A stretch of DNA of 64,000 bases from Antedon mediterranea (taxonomy: Eukaryota; Animalia; Echinodermata): NCBI RefSeq assembly GCF_964355755.1, contig NC_092674.1, positions 26,536,001 through 26,600,000 of the forward strand, read 5' to 3'. The position numbers were made by a program, and so were the translations under genes. Numbering within the stretch: position 1 is the first letter of the stretch; every line of letters starts with the position of its first letter. Shown here piece by piece: positions 25,486 to 39,118 of the stretch. Under the pieces are notes generated by a model that worked only from the letters and a program-made list of their open reading frames with translations, made no database searches and was not told where the DNA came from.

Positions 25486-27159
25486 GTAAGTTATTTATAT
25501 TTTTCCAAAAAATAGTGTACATTTTTTTGTAAATTTTATAATTGTACAAGATTTGGGTGTTTGCTGTAATTTAACTAAATCATTCTAAAAAAAAATAGAG
25601 ATTTTGAAACTATTAAGAAAACGATTTGTTTCTATTGATATTTATAAATATAGTATAGTAAATCATGCTGTGAGAAAAGAAAATCCCGAACCCTATGGGA
25701 GGATTTTGCTTCACGCTGTATCATTTAGAGAATGATTTAACGGCTGAAAAGTTGCGATTAGGTACAGTATAAAAGTAAGTTCTTAGTTTCTTAGTTTGTG
25801 TCTACAGGGCTTCCAACAGGGGCTGGTTAGAACCTTTGGCTTGCAGATGGTAGCCCCATCTATTTGTAATCATCTGTGACTGCCTCTACCACAGTGTACA
25901 TGCTCTATTACCATTCATTTCCTTTGACTTCTGTTTCCTTCATTACCATTTTTCATGTGATCCCTTTTAAGACATGCCCACACAACATGCTGAAATAATA
26001 TTTATATTTGTAAACAAACTCATATACATACATCCCAACGGCAAATTTTGAGTTAGAATCGTTAAAAGTAACAGCGGGTGGCGCTGTTTTGTGGTTTTAA
26101 CATTGAAATCCTGTAATTCAAAGAAGCGAGTTAAGGTTAACTTTATTATTGAATTTAAAAATGTGTTACTTTCGTTAGATTTAGAAATCTAAAGAAAACA
26201 GTAAATCTTGTCATTCTTAGTATGCCTTAGCGGAGAAAAAATGAGATAACGAATAACAACACTCTAGTCTAAGCTAGCTCTAAGATGTTGTATAAAAATG
26301 TCACTTAAATGCATGTTATGGTTTAAGAGCCTTGTACTGTTGCAGAATGGCCCATTTTTAAGTAGGGGATGCTGAATTCTTTTCATAATGTGTTCTCTCA
26401 TTTTGGTGCTACTGTTGGTTTATCCAGGTAAGCGGCACTCATTTAAGACTGCAGTATCAACACCGCTATTCTTTGTGTAATATGCGACTTTATTGTTTAT
26501 TTTTAAATACTTAATTCTGAAATCTCAATTGCTACTAGATATTTTTTGAAAATTTAAATGATTAAAAGCAAATCCTATATTTCTGAAAATTCAATCTTTT
26601 TTTCTTTACAGTGTAGTTGATAGAAAACAATTGAAACTTGAATTACATAATGATTATGTAAATTTAAATGTATGTCAATAGGATTTATATACACTAGTGT
26701 CATCTCCAACAATAAAGGTCATGCCACCTAAGTCATTATTCATATTGTTTACATATTATTATCAGACAATTGTCACATCTGTTACCAAATATTATTCATA
26801 AAAAGCAGTTCATACCTGTGAACCGGGTGACGTATATTAATTGTTTGCCGTCAATTTGTAATACCTGATTAAAGATGAGTAATTTATAACACATTTTGTG
26901 GCACTACTGTTATAGTAGATATTATATATCAACAAGTAGGGACTAACTAAACATATAAGGTAAGATTGCTTTGTTCTGTTAAACAATATCTTTTAATTGC
27001 TATCTTTTTGATGATCAGATCTTTGATTACACAAATTTTATTTGTACAGTAACCTGAAAAATCTGAACTATTTTCTGTAGCAAATTTTACATGAACACAC
27101 AAGATTAGATTAGCAAACCGTAGCCATAAAATCGGCACAGGTTTGGCGTTCTCCTCAAC

Positions 27160-27340
27160 CATTGTTCTGGTGGTAGAACAACTCTTCTCGGATGAAGACT
27201 TAGTACTGGAGGTCCAGTGTGCAATTTAACCCCTATTTATGCATCACTCGAAAAGTGAGTGGGTTACCCTGGTGTACTGGTTCATTAACCCCTGTCAATT
27301 ATGGTAGATGCTGCACTGTTACTGCCATGGGTCCGTAAAG
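27160..27340 (+). mobile_element. Deu-like SINE fragment
   Basis: TCTCGGATGAAGAC...CTGGAGGTCC...TCGAAAAGTGAGTGGGTTACCCTGGTGTACTGG...GCTGCACTGTTACTGCCATGGGTCCGT shares core and tail with 2540-2640. Confidence 0.6.
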
Positions 27341-29188
27341 CATCTAAATCAGAATTTGAATTCCTCAATTGAGGACGAATATCTAATCAACAAACAAAAA
27401 ACCGAGCAAAATTGAATCAAATTTGAAAAGAATTAAAGGCCCAGAGTGATATTAAAAATAATTTTTAGTTACTGGTTTTTCAATATACACCAAAAAAAAC
27501 AGTTACTATTGCTGCATATTCGATAGCAACATAAATGTAGTGGATTAATCTCAAAGCAAATAGACATAAATTACATACAATTAAAGCTTAAGCAATCAAA
27601 ACACATGTAACTCCCCCAAGTTCTCCAAACAAACAAGTTACAAACCTGTAAAAACACAGATTAAAGAATATTCTTGAAATGTCAAACAACGGGTCAATGA
27701 CCTGGAGTAAACTGACCATAGAGTAAAGTGACCATAGGACAACTACTTTAAATTAATTAATGTAACAATGGGTATATAGTCTCCTGTAGGTGAGTTTAAG
27801 GTGAAGATACAGTACTCCTTTATCCAGAGGCATAAATTCATCTCCTAATTGTTTATTTTTGTGTAGATGTTGAAACAACTTCTTTCTTGAGTCAGGTGTA
27901 GCCCTCTGGCTTTGCCTGGAAGAACTGAAAAGTCATTAACTAATTGAAAACATAAGGAAGTGGTTTTGGAGAAATACTTAGGAAAAAAATTTAAATTAAA
28001 TTGAATGGAAAGTACATTAAAAATGTGTGCAGTTGATCAAAACAAATCTATTAATTAAATTCATTAATATTTTTGTGAGTAGAATGTACTTTTGAATCCA
28101 GACATTTGTCTACAAGTCCTGTTATGGAGACATACAGTATTCAGAACATTGCAAGTCTTGGTTTTAGAACACCATTTAACGGTTATTGCTGTGCAATTTT
28201 TAGCTGTAACGCAAAATAACTGTTATTTGATTGCCAACCCCTACCTTGAGTCAACTACACTGCGGTAAAGTTTGAATTAACCACCAGAGCCCATTGCATT
28301 TTGGGTAATGCTAACAGTTTCTATCGATGTCCACATACTGATTTAAACGGTTATTTAGGAGCACACATTTAGCATAAATGCAGTCGATATAAATATTATA
28401 TATAATTTCTATTTTGAAATAATGGTTTATTCAGTGCTATAAAACAGACCTAAGAGTTTCTTGGTCTAATACTCTTGATGAAGTTTATACCATGATGAGG
28501 CCTTTGTTATACCAAGAACTATCCCTATATATTATTGGTGCTAATAGATGAATTCGTAAGGTAAGTGTACATCATGATAAAATGAAGAATAAGAACTTGG
28601 CAAAAATATCAACAACTGAGAGAGACAGCTGCTACATGGTTCGTGTATTAAAAAATGTTGTAGTGTGTGTACCAGTGTGCGTGCTGTAAAATGTAATCGC
28701 CTAATAAAACATCGTGTTTATTAGAGAAATGGTAAGTTATTTGCTTACCAAAAAAAGGCGTCAAGAGGGTGCCAAACATTTCATTATATTTATTTATCCA
28801 TCTATAACAATCAATTCAAAAGAATGAAGTTCTTCAGGTCAGAGAAATGGAAGCTGGTGTCATTTTGATGCTCTATTATAAACATGAGGTTATAAATATT
28901 TACATTTAGGTGATAGAAAAGTGATGAATGACATTACCAGATAACACACATTTTGAGGTGGAGGGCAGTAATTACGCCTTCCAGGTACTGAACTTTCAAT
29001 TTCCTATTCTTGTTAGTTGTGTTTAAAATATACGTGATTGATGGCACTGGTCAAAAGTAATTGCTTCTAGCCATTATGGTAGAACATTGTTTTTCTTTGC
29101 GTAAATTTGTTGTTTATCATCCTATGAACATATACCATTTCTTATGGTAATAAAAGTAACTTATTCTTTCCAAGTTGAAATTCTGATT

Positions 29189-29472
29189 AGGCCCTCTACA
29201 GATGAACAATAGCAGCCATAGTGCAACGTGTACCTGGAGATGATACGATACCCTACTCCTTTTTAATAGTGTACAAAGTTCTTGCGTTTCAAACGTTTTA
29301 TGTACACTGCTTTACAACCTATCCAAAGGAAGAGGCAATGAGAGTAAATATTGCTAACGGATACAAGCAATATGGCACTGATGGGTCTCGCACCAATGCC
29401 TCTCGCACCAATGCCTCTTGCACCAATGCCTCTCGCATGCTAGTTAATTTTAACTCCACTCCCAAAGACTCG
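29189..29472 (-). mobile_element. SINE copy (tRNA head + Deu-like core) with a 15-bp triplication in the head
   Basis: Reverse-complement matches to 2385-2640 (CCCTACTCCTTTTTAATAGTGTAC, GAGGCAATGAGAGTAAA). TCTCGCACCAATGCC occurs three times at about 29386-29436. Confidence 0.7.
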
Positions 29473-31044
29473 TAATAAGACTTTGTTTATGTAGGGCATC
29501 TTGCGTATATGTTTGTCTTGTGGACAAGATTGCCACCTTTAAGAAGGATAGTGAATAAATTCAGTTTTTGTTCCTTGGCAATAATTTGCCTAAAATATAT
29601 AAAAACAAAAACAAACAAACTAAAATCGCCACCAGTAAGCAATATGAAATATACTGTATGCAAATATACTGATACATATTCAAAACCCCACACAAAAATA
29701 TATTTGAAGGTTTTTTACCAGTCTCTTCTACACTCTGCAAGAAGCCTCTAGATAACCTTTTATACTCTAGTATTTCACACTCAGTGCTGCTTGCTTCCCA
29801 CCCTACCTTATTGCTAACAGTAAAAAATACCCCCTTGTGATTGCGTGTTTAAAAACTGTGTTCGTTTAAAAGAAAACAAATTAAAATTTGATTTATTACG
29901 GATATAAAACCGAATTTATGGGAAGCACCAACATATTTTTTAGCAAGATCAAATCATTTTTCTTCTTTTGTAACTATAGTAATTTATAATTATACAAATG
30001 TTTTTATCTTTAAAAAAAAACAATGATTTATTTTCATGTTTTGTCGACAACATAATTAATATTTTGAAATGATTGCATATCTGGTTACGTCTGCAAAGTT
30101 TCTAAAGCGCAGAGAGGTAATACTTACATTTTTTTGATTTATTTCGAACATGATATCAAGTTCTTTTAAATGTTGAAATGCTACAAAGCTTTAAGTGTTA
30201 TGTGCAAGTCTGGAATGTGAGCAATGGGATAATGAGTATGTTTACATTTGGTTAAATACCCAATGAAATGTTCATCAAATGAACTAGGTTTATTGCGTTC
30301 GTGATTGAGTTGTGCTTTAAAAATGTAATTAATTAAACAATTGAAATGTAAGATTTAAAAAAATGCAAGGTTCGAGGTTTCGAACAAATACCCCTTAATG
30401 AAGTGTTATTTGTCTTTGAATTCTTTATATTATATTGTTTCTCTACTGAACGACTTGGAAATCAATGCTTTAGCACTAAAAGTTTCATTCAGTATATAAA
30501 GAGAATAAATTAAAAAAAGTGGCCATAGAAATTAACAGTGAAAGTATATACCTACCCCTAGCCTAGTTCATGATCATTTTTTCCCCTTTTGTGGAAAACA
30601 GACTCTCCCCCCCCCCCCCCCCTGTAAAAATCCTGGCTACGGGCTTACCTTCACTATCCCAGTTTATAGATTATTTATAGAATTTGTTGTTGAAAAGATG
30701 AAGCTATCGAGAAGCCAAGGTGTGGAAGCATGGGTGTAAACATATATTAAGAGTTTCTTGGGTAGGTAATGTGTTAAATTAAAAAATAGGCTTGGGGGCA
30801 GGATGACAGAGGTGTGAGTGCCCGCCCGCCCGTCTCTGCCCTACACAATTATTATTTGTTGTCACATTAGTAAATTTAAATCTTCCATGATGCTGTGTAG
30901 AAAATAAACTATTCATCCAATGTACTGTGAGTGGGTATTGGAACAGTATGACGTAGACGAAAGGATTAACCGTTAAACCACATCTACTGATGGTAATAAC
31001 ATTAAGTAATTGACCATTCTGAGTAAATGATATTTTATTATACG

Positions 31045-31159
31045 CAGTAAAAGTTTGACAAACAAAATTTGATGTACCTAAATATGATATGACATCATGT
31101 TCATATATGGAGACATCACATTTTTTTGTCACATAAAGTTTGATAGTGTAGACAGAGCT
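31045..31159. mobile_element. ~165-bp MITE family copy (partial)
   Basis: CATCACATTTTTTTGTCACATAAAGTTTGATAGTGTAGACAGAGCT terminus. Confidence 0.85.
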
Positions 31160-31278
31160 TGTGTACTATATTGAAGTATTGAACTTTGTATGTTTAATAG
31201 TATTTAGTAGATACTATACAAGCCACAGATTTAATTACAAAAACCTACTTTCCTAATGTACAACTACAGTAAGTCTTA

Positions 31279-32115
31279 GGGCCTGTTTCTATAGAGCAGA
31301 GAATACGGTTTTGAATACCGTTCTTTTCAAGAACCGTTTTTTCTTGCCAGCAGAAATGGGTCCCCACAAAAAACCACAAAAAAGAACCGATCTTAAAAAC
31401 GGTTTCAAAAACCCCAATTGATTGCGGTCTCGATCGCAAAGAACCGTTCTGAAACCGGTTTCCGTGGAGCAATTTTTAGCTGCAACACAATCGCGGTCTC
31501 AATTTGACCCCAAAAACTGAACTCTGCAGTCTGCTGCACTGGGACGATTGCGGTCAACTCGCAGTCAAACCTGCGCGATAGGACCTAGGCCTAAGTCATT
31601 TTTATTTCTCTAGATAGTGAGTATTTTATTTAACTAAAAAATGTTGACCGATGCCATTACGAGGTTCGTAAAAAATATGTGAAGGGACTTGTCGGGAGTC
31701 GGAAGAAAGACTCACGTAGGTCTAGGCCTACATGTTTTTAAGAATATTGTAAAGCGTGTGAAAGCTAGATGAGTTCAACTTGACAATATCAGAGGGTGCG
31801 ACGTAGCTATACTTTAACCAAGGACCACAATAACGTTTCAGGTAATAATTCTCCCTTCTATGATGAAATGGATGCTATTTCTTGGGGATCGCGCTATGCG
31901 AAAAAAAGTAAACATAACCTCGATCCAATCATGCTTCCGCCTAACGAACTGCATTGTGGTGTATATAATGATGTCATTCATAACGAACGCACATGGACGG
32001 AACCGGTTTTATTGGAGTAAAAATTGAGCTGCAACGCGATCTTTATTCATAAACAACAGCCGAAACCGGTTTCCAAAAAACCGTTCTTTTTTTATTTTTC
32101 AATAGAAACAGGCCC
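31279..32115 (+). mobile_element. Harbinger deletion derivative with Myb/SANT (trihelix-like) ORF remnant
   Basis: TIR GGGCCTGTTTCTAT / ATAGAAACAGGCCC with flanks TTA/ATA, and subterminal AACCG(G/T)TT repeats. The internal frame RRSYTLTKDHNNVSGNNSPFYDEMDAI resembles the C-terminal part of Myb/SANT-like domains (YxxxKDxNxxSG...PFYDEMDAIL). Confidence 0.75.
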
Positions 32116-32790
32116 ATAAACCTTTGAAGGCCAATAAAAGAAAATTCAGTAAAGGTTTCCTACAACTTGCCATTTTGAAACAATTACTTCCTATTTTCAC
32201 TTGTGAAATACCTAAAGTTAATATGTAGTACAGTACATGTTTTACCTTAAAAATTATAGTAGCCAAACCGTTTCATTTCTTCAGAACATTCTTCCGGTTT
32301 TTAACAACATTTTGTGATCTGTTCTGCACGTAAAATCTGTGCCGGAACTTACCATACAATTACTCATAATGCATGTTTTTAAATTAAGTTGTATAGAGAT
32401 TATTCATATTTGTTGTATAGCATTACTGTGAAGATAACATGAATCTATATTTTCCTGTTCGTCTTTAAACTGATTGCGTTGTGAGTACGTTCTTTTCCTT
32501 TTTGAATGTTGTGGATTTAAATTGGTCTCATCTCCTGGGGATATAGGAAACATTTATACTTCCAGGTTATGTATTTCATAGTGGTATGTATATTTAATTT
32601 CTATACTCTAGGTGGACTTTTCTAAAATTTGATATTAAAAAAAAAAACTGATCCTCTGTGTTTTAAACTGTTGGTTTGTTTATATGAAATTTTACAATTA
32701 ATATAATAATATGCAATAGACATAAAATATTGTTTTTATTGTTTATGTTCCATCCATATCTTCCTCTCCCAGCAACCATCTTCAATCTTA

Positions 32791-33424
32791 GGCTGTGTTT
32801 ATACAACATCCTAAATTTGAACACGTCTTTAATTTTTAGCATGTTGCACGGGCTGAGGTCAACCCCACAAAAACCTTGCAGTTATACATGAAATCGTAAT
32901 ACCGTGTTATACCGTAGTTCTTCATAATCCTAAGTTGTATACTTGCATGCCTTATGAATTAATATGAGTTTATTAAGGATTTTAATAAAGGATGATTTCG
33001 TTTAAAATTTAGTTTATTACAGTTATTGATTTTTTAAATCTGCTTTTGAAATTAGAAAAAAAAAATGTTTTAGAATTAGGATAAAACTATGCTACATTTT
33101 TCCAAATTATGCCAACATTTGATTAGCGTTAATTTTGAGTGCTAAATCGGTTAAAATACCCCCAAAAAAGCACAATTACCTACTAGATTTTGTCAACATT
33201 TTCACAGCACATAACTTTTATTTAACGAGAGGTCAAAACAATACACTGAGGACACTTCCAACACGCCAATTCAGCAACCGGGAATCCACAAAATTTTAGG
33301 ATTCAGCCAAGTAGCCTTTTTTGCAATTAAAATCTCATTACACGGAATCTCTTCGATGTTATACAACACACTTCTCGTAGGCGTGTTGAATATGCGTGTA
33401 ATAGCGTGTTGTATAAACGCGCCC
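32791..33424. mobile_element. Probable older Harbinger-type MITE
   Basis: GGCTGTGTTTATACAACA versus terminal TGTTGTATAAACGCGCCC (15/18 inverted match). TTA on the left flank; right TSD not preserved. Confidence 0.5.
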
Positions 33425-33439
33425 AAAAGGTCTTCTTAA

Positions 33440-33579
33440 GTGTGATGTGCCCAAATATGGTAGTGATGCCTAAATATGGTAGTGATATGCCTGAATATGG
33501 TAGTGATATGACATCATCATGTCCATGAGTACATACTTTTTTGTCACATAAAGTTTCATACATAAGTGTAAACAGATCT
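33440..33579. mobile_element. ~165-bp MITE family copy (partial)
   Basis: Three AAATATGGTAGTGAT-type units and TTTGTCACATAAAGTTT. Confidence 0.8.
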
Positions 33580-33826
33580 TTTCTTATTATATTAATTAAA
33601 AGGCCATTTAGTAATTTCCCTGCAGTATGTTGGGATTGTACACATATTTGTTGGTGTCTGTTAGTTCAAGGTGTTTTTGAGGGTTAACATGATTGAGATT
33701 GTTTACTAGTTGACCATATATGAATTTACAGTACATTCATTTCACTTGCTATGTTATGTGTACATTGACTTAGTTTTAAGGACATGTCCTATTGTGTAAC
33801 ATTGAACAAGGATTGATCATTTCTAA

Positions 33827-33988
33827 AGCTCTCTCTACATTATCAAGCTAGTTTGACAAAACAGTGTGATGTGCCCAAATATGATAGTGATATGACCAAA
33901 TATGGTAGTGATATGACATCATCATGTCTAAATATATGGGCACATCACATTTTTTTGTCACATAAAGTTTGATAGTGTAGACAAGGCT
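33827..33988. mobile_element. ~165-bp MITE family copy, full length
   Basis: Both TIRs, TAA TSD (33824-33826, 33989-33991). Confidence 0.9.
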
Positions 33989-34208
33989 TAATAAATATAT
34001 CCTTTTTTTAGTAGGTGGTATACATGCCGATTTATGAGGTAGTAGTCTACTTTTTTTCCTACCACTTATCATTTTACTGTCTAACCGTAGGCTGTTCTTA
34101 TGGCTTTTTCCAAAAACTAATTAATTTTTTAATGCATTAAAAATCAGTGGGTTAGGGGTTGTTAATCAAACTGTCATGTTTTAGAAATTTTAATAAAATC
34201 ATTTCTTG

Positions 34209-34428
34209 AGCTCTGTCTAGACTATCAAACTTTATGTGACAAAAAACATGATGATGTCATATCACTACCATATTTGGGCATATCACTACCATATTTGGGC
34301 ATATCAATATCATATTTGGGCATATCACTACCATATTTGGGCATATCACTACCATATTTGGGCATATCAATATCATGGACACATCACTTTTTTTTTGGTC
34401 AAATTAGTTTGATAGTGTAGATAGAGCT
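34209..34428. mobile_element. MITE family copy with expanded internal 21-bp repeat
   Basis: Both TIRs; five full units plus one partial unit of CATATCACTACCATATTTGGG or its variant. Confidence 0.9.
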
Positions 34429-37400
34429 TTAGACTTTTAAACTAAGGGAAAATAATGTATTAAATATACCATAATGTTGTGTATATAACAGTAGAACACA
34501 AAGGGGATTCAATTCAATAAACATTTATTTACAAAATCTGAATACATACGAAAAACAGGATTGTACAGAATTATAAAAATATGTTTCAGAAAATGAAGGC
34601 TGGATGCTTTTTTCAGGATACTGGTTTAATGTATGAATTTCCCATTGTTCTGGAAAGTGCCTATTATTAGGTTTTCCCTAAATAGTGGTGATTTTAAGGA
34701 GGAGTTATATTCTGTGACTATTATATTGTAGATTATATAATATTATGTAAGTATTTTATTGAATTGTTTAGATAAACTAAATATCAAAATTCAGTCCTGG
34801 TTTTGTGGGAAAATGGAAAATAGTTTGTGTTTTGATTTATTAGTGTCCCACTTTCTAACAAAGATTTGGCATCTAAATATATCATTTTGACAGTAGACCT
34901 TTAATCATACCATGCTAAATAAATCATTGTATATGGTTTTTTTGTACTGTGGTTTTACATGGAATGCTATGTGTAGTTATTTTATTTTAACCAGGCACTT
35001 TGAAATGTTGATGGTAATGTTGAATGCTGCCCTAGTAAGTCATGTTACTGGTCAAAACATATAAGAATAAATCATTTCGTTTCTGGTTTTTTTTTTTTGC
35101 TGTGGTTTGAAGAGAAGAATGTGTAAAATTTACATATTAAGAAATTCATGATGAAATTTCAGAATTCACTGTTCTACTTCTGTATATAAGGCCTGGTCAA
35201 GATATACACAATCAAAGATTTTGCTACTATAGATTTATTTGAACATACTTTTCCATTCCAACTAATGAAAGGCATACATAAAAAACACATGCATACATAT
35301 TTTAAGAGAGAAAAATGGAATATACATATAGCTCACATCACCCCTTTATTTGTTTAATATATATAACTTTTCAAATTAATTAAAATATGGTTTAAAAAAT
35401 GGTATCTGGCAGAAATTATTTTTTGTTTTGGGCCTAAAATGGAAAACCATTCAGGCATACAGTACTGATGTTACTGATGAAAGGCCTAATAACTATAATT
35501 ACATATAATACATGAGATGACCCTGCCAACCATGTAGTGGTCAAGGAAAGTTTACTTATAATATATCAACTGCTGTTCACTAACATGATTGATAAATGGA
35601 TTATTAACATGATGTACTGTGTAGGTGTAATGTGGGCAGTCGCATATTGATAAGTTAACTTACCATTAATTATTGAGTATTAATATTTCATCATAATATA
35701 AGAAAAGATATATAATTAGAAAAAAAAACATAAATTTACAGCCTTAATTAATTAATATATACAGTTTTCAATATTTTGATTTCACTATAATAAGTGAAGA
35801 GATTAAATAATATTTTTTTTTAATGTGTTATTAAATAGCTTAATATTATGGGAGGTGGGCCATATTATGAGCAGTGCTCACTTTTTGATCCATTAAAAAA
35901 ATATATATATATATAAGTATATTATATTCCTTGAATTTGGTTGTTATTTAAATAAATTCAATTGAAAGAAATTCAGTACTATTTTGATTGATATAGACCT
36001 AAGTATGGACTAAACATTAATTGATCTGGTGGTGTAGGCCTAATTATGTCTTCTCAGGGTAAAAATTATTAGTAAAAGTACTTAGACTTTTAAATGTTTG
36101 ATGATGGATGCCAAGTGATTTACAAACATTTAAAATAAACTTGAGGTAACTGGGCAAGTACAAGGCAGAACTTCATGTACTCATTGACACTCGTGAGTGA
36201 AATTAGCAGGGCAAGCTTGTTGATAAAATGTACCTACTAGTTCATAGACTGATTTTGGAATTGTTGATAGACTCCCAAGTGATTTAAAAATAATCTTGAA
36301 GTAACTGGGCAAGTACAAGGTAACTCAGTCCTCTCCTGAGTACAATAGTACTAATTTCTACCTTGACTTTTGTTGATTGTTATAACATTGTTTGTTTTTA
36401 CTTGGGAGTGATATTGTGCTAAATAAGGTCCCCTGATGATGTGTGTATTTTCAGCAACTTGTCAAGAATTTAGTGTATATACGAACAATTTAAAATTCAT
36501 CAATGGATGTGTTCACAAAATTTGGAAGCAATTTTGTTTTTATCTGAAAGAACACAGTTCCAAAGGACCATTGTGTACCCTGAACATTTTCCAGATAAAC
36601 CCCAGTCCTCTGAAATGTAAATGTTTTGTAAATGCACAATATGTTTTACTACATGTACTACTAATAATTATTCTATTGAAAAACAAATAATGTTCCAAAG
36701 AATTATACTCATTATTTTAATTAGAAAGAGGATGACGTCAAAATTATCTGTAAAAATAGTCATAAATTCTTAAAATAAATTACATTATTACAGACTATCA
36801 ATCTGATACCTTGTAATGCCGTCAGAACAAAAACAATTTAATTTGTAATTGGTTGTAAATACTCTTTGTTTTCGATGTTTTAAATTGTTACTACCCTTTT
36901 AATGTAGAGATCAAGTTTGATAAAAATCAGAATATAGAAATAATTGAAAATTTAATTAAAAAACTTTTGCTAAACTTTGAGTCACCTTTGACTAAAATAT
37001 CTTAGGAATGTAATAACCTTTGACCTTTGACATTGAACTTTAAGAATGTTTGAAACATATATTAAATATTAAAGAAAGAGGAAATTAAATTATATGAAAT
37101 TTCCATTATTAGAAAATTAGTAAATGTTTGTTAAAATAGTTTCCAAAGCAAAGAACTAAAATTCCAAAATACAGTATTAAAAACATGTTCAAGTATAATC
37201 CCACCCCCTTTTGAAACCATATATGGACACAAGATTTGGTCGCTTTCATTTTTACTGAAATCCCTGTATAATCCAACCCATAATTTTATACTGGGACCCA
37301 CTGGTACATATTCTAAATAAGATAAATTAATTTAACAAGATGCTTTATTTAATTTATGCAAGAAACGCATGTTTTTGATCATCAATTAATATGTATTTAA

Positions 37401-38059
37401 GTAGTTAACACTGTACAAGTGCCTCACAACAGGAAACCAGATTATTATCAACACTACACAAATACTGGCAACTCCATACTTGTTGAGTATGAAATCCTAT
37501 CCCGCTGATAAATATAGAATAAATTGAGAGCTTCATTACTGTCGTGTGCAAGGCAACCACATTCGGCAAGATAACCACGTAAGATCATATCCCTGTTGGT
37601 GTCCGTCGCTGTATAATTAGCCTACCGCGAACTCTATGGTGTCATTGTTAAAAGGATGCGCCAAGCAGATCAAGTTTATCAACTATAATTATAGAGAGAT
37701 GCTTACTTGTTAAAAGAACTTTCTGCGTGTGAATTTTTTACCATAGTAAATTTTTTCATCATATTTTTTATTGTAAAATCTTTTCTTTTGCAACATTGGC
37801 AACATTAAATTGTCTTTGAAAAGTACAGTATTACTTTATATAAGTGAACTCATTTATCTTATTTACTAATATTAGAGGTCATATCTGGTATTTTCTTCTT
37901 TACACATAAAAACTCTTGCAAAACTACTCAAACTCATAAAATCTCTCAATTGTCACCGGTTTGTACCGGTACTTGAATTTCTTTTGATGTTAGTTTCATT
38001 ATTAAAAATATTATATTGGCTAGTGATAAATTTATTACTCGATTAATTACTTTTACTAA

Positions 38060-38209
38060 AGCTCTGTCCAAACTTTATTTGACAAACAAAAATGTGATGT
38101 GCCCATGTGATGTCATATCACTACCATATTTAAGCATATTACTACCATATTTGGGCACATCGCACTTTTTTGTTAAACTAGTTTGATACTTGATAGTGTA
38201 GAAAGAGCT
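38060..38209. mobile_element. ~165-bp MITE family copy
   Basis: AGCTCTGTCC...GATAGTGTAGAAAGAGCT with two 21-bp units. Confidence 0.85.
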
Positions 38210-38807
38210 TTACAGGAAAATTCATTTATATAAGAATAAGATTAATTAATTTATTGAATTATTTATTTAAAAAAGCTTAGTTGGGTCTTTTCTGTATGTA
38301 CTTGATCAATGTACTATGTTATCTGGTAGGGTCAAATTTCTTTAACCAGAACCAGTCCCTTACCATATTGAATCTGCTTTATGCTAATGTAATTTAAGAA
38401 AAGAGGCCAGTCTGGTTAGTGAATTTGTTATGTCATGCATAAAACATTGTTCATATGCAATGGAAGTATGGTAGCCGTTATTGTATTGGAACACGCATCT
38501 ACCACACATATCTACCACACGTATTTACTGCACGTAATTAATCGGAGGCATATGTTGATAACGAGGCCACTAATTTTGGTTACTTTGGGTGTTTCTGCTG
38601 ATTAATTCCAAAAGATTTTTTTTTTTATGAAACAATAGGATGCATTTCTGTTGGATTTATGCTTTCAAAGAAACTGTTACAGTATTGTGCGTTACAGCTA
38701 AATACCGCATCGATTTGGTGTTATTAACTTCTATTTTGGGAACAATATTAAACATGTTTTTAATTTATTCATACACAATTTAACCGGTCCTTTGATATCA
38801 CTATTAA

Positions 38808-39118
38808 GGGCCTGTCCAGACCTACGGGGTTATGCTTTCATATCATACGTAGTGTACAACTTCATACAGTATGTCTGAACCAGGAAAAGATTAGTGGAAC
38901 CACCTCTTACGACACTGATCTTTCGTTCATTACAACATCTCTTGAAGATTTTGACCTCCAACCAATCAAATTTACTCCTGCATACCAGATGTTCGTCCAA
39001 ATCGGTGAAATTCTAGTTTCTAACAAAAGCGTTAGTTAAGCGAGGCTGTTACGGTGCTAATTATGATATGCCATTGCTTGCGATACGAAAGCATAACTCC
39101 CATGATCTTAATATACCC
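38808..39118. mobile_element. Degenerate Harbinger-type MITE related to the 1320-2220 element
   Basis: Left end GGGCCTGTCCAGACCTACGGGGTTATGCTTTC; right end reverse-complemented GGGTATATTAAGATCATGGGAGTTATGCTTTC. TAA on both flanks. Confidence 0.6.

Noticed and set aside
15767-26085. Weaker CTCF-like motifs at 15767-15781 and 26071-26085
   Set aside because: Both have mismatches in the core and could occur by chance in 64 kb.
29221-29475. ORF with TNASR repeats
   Set aside because: Antisense reading of a SINE carrying a 15-bp triplication.
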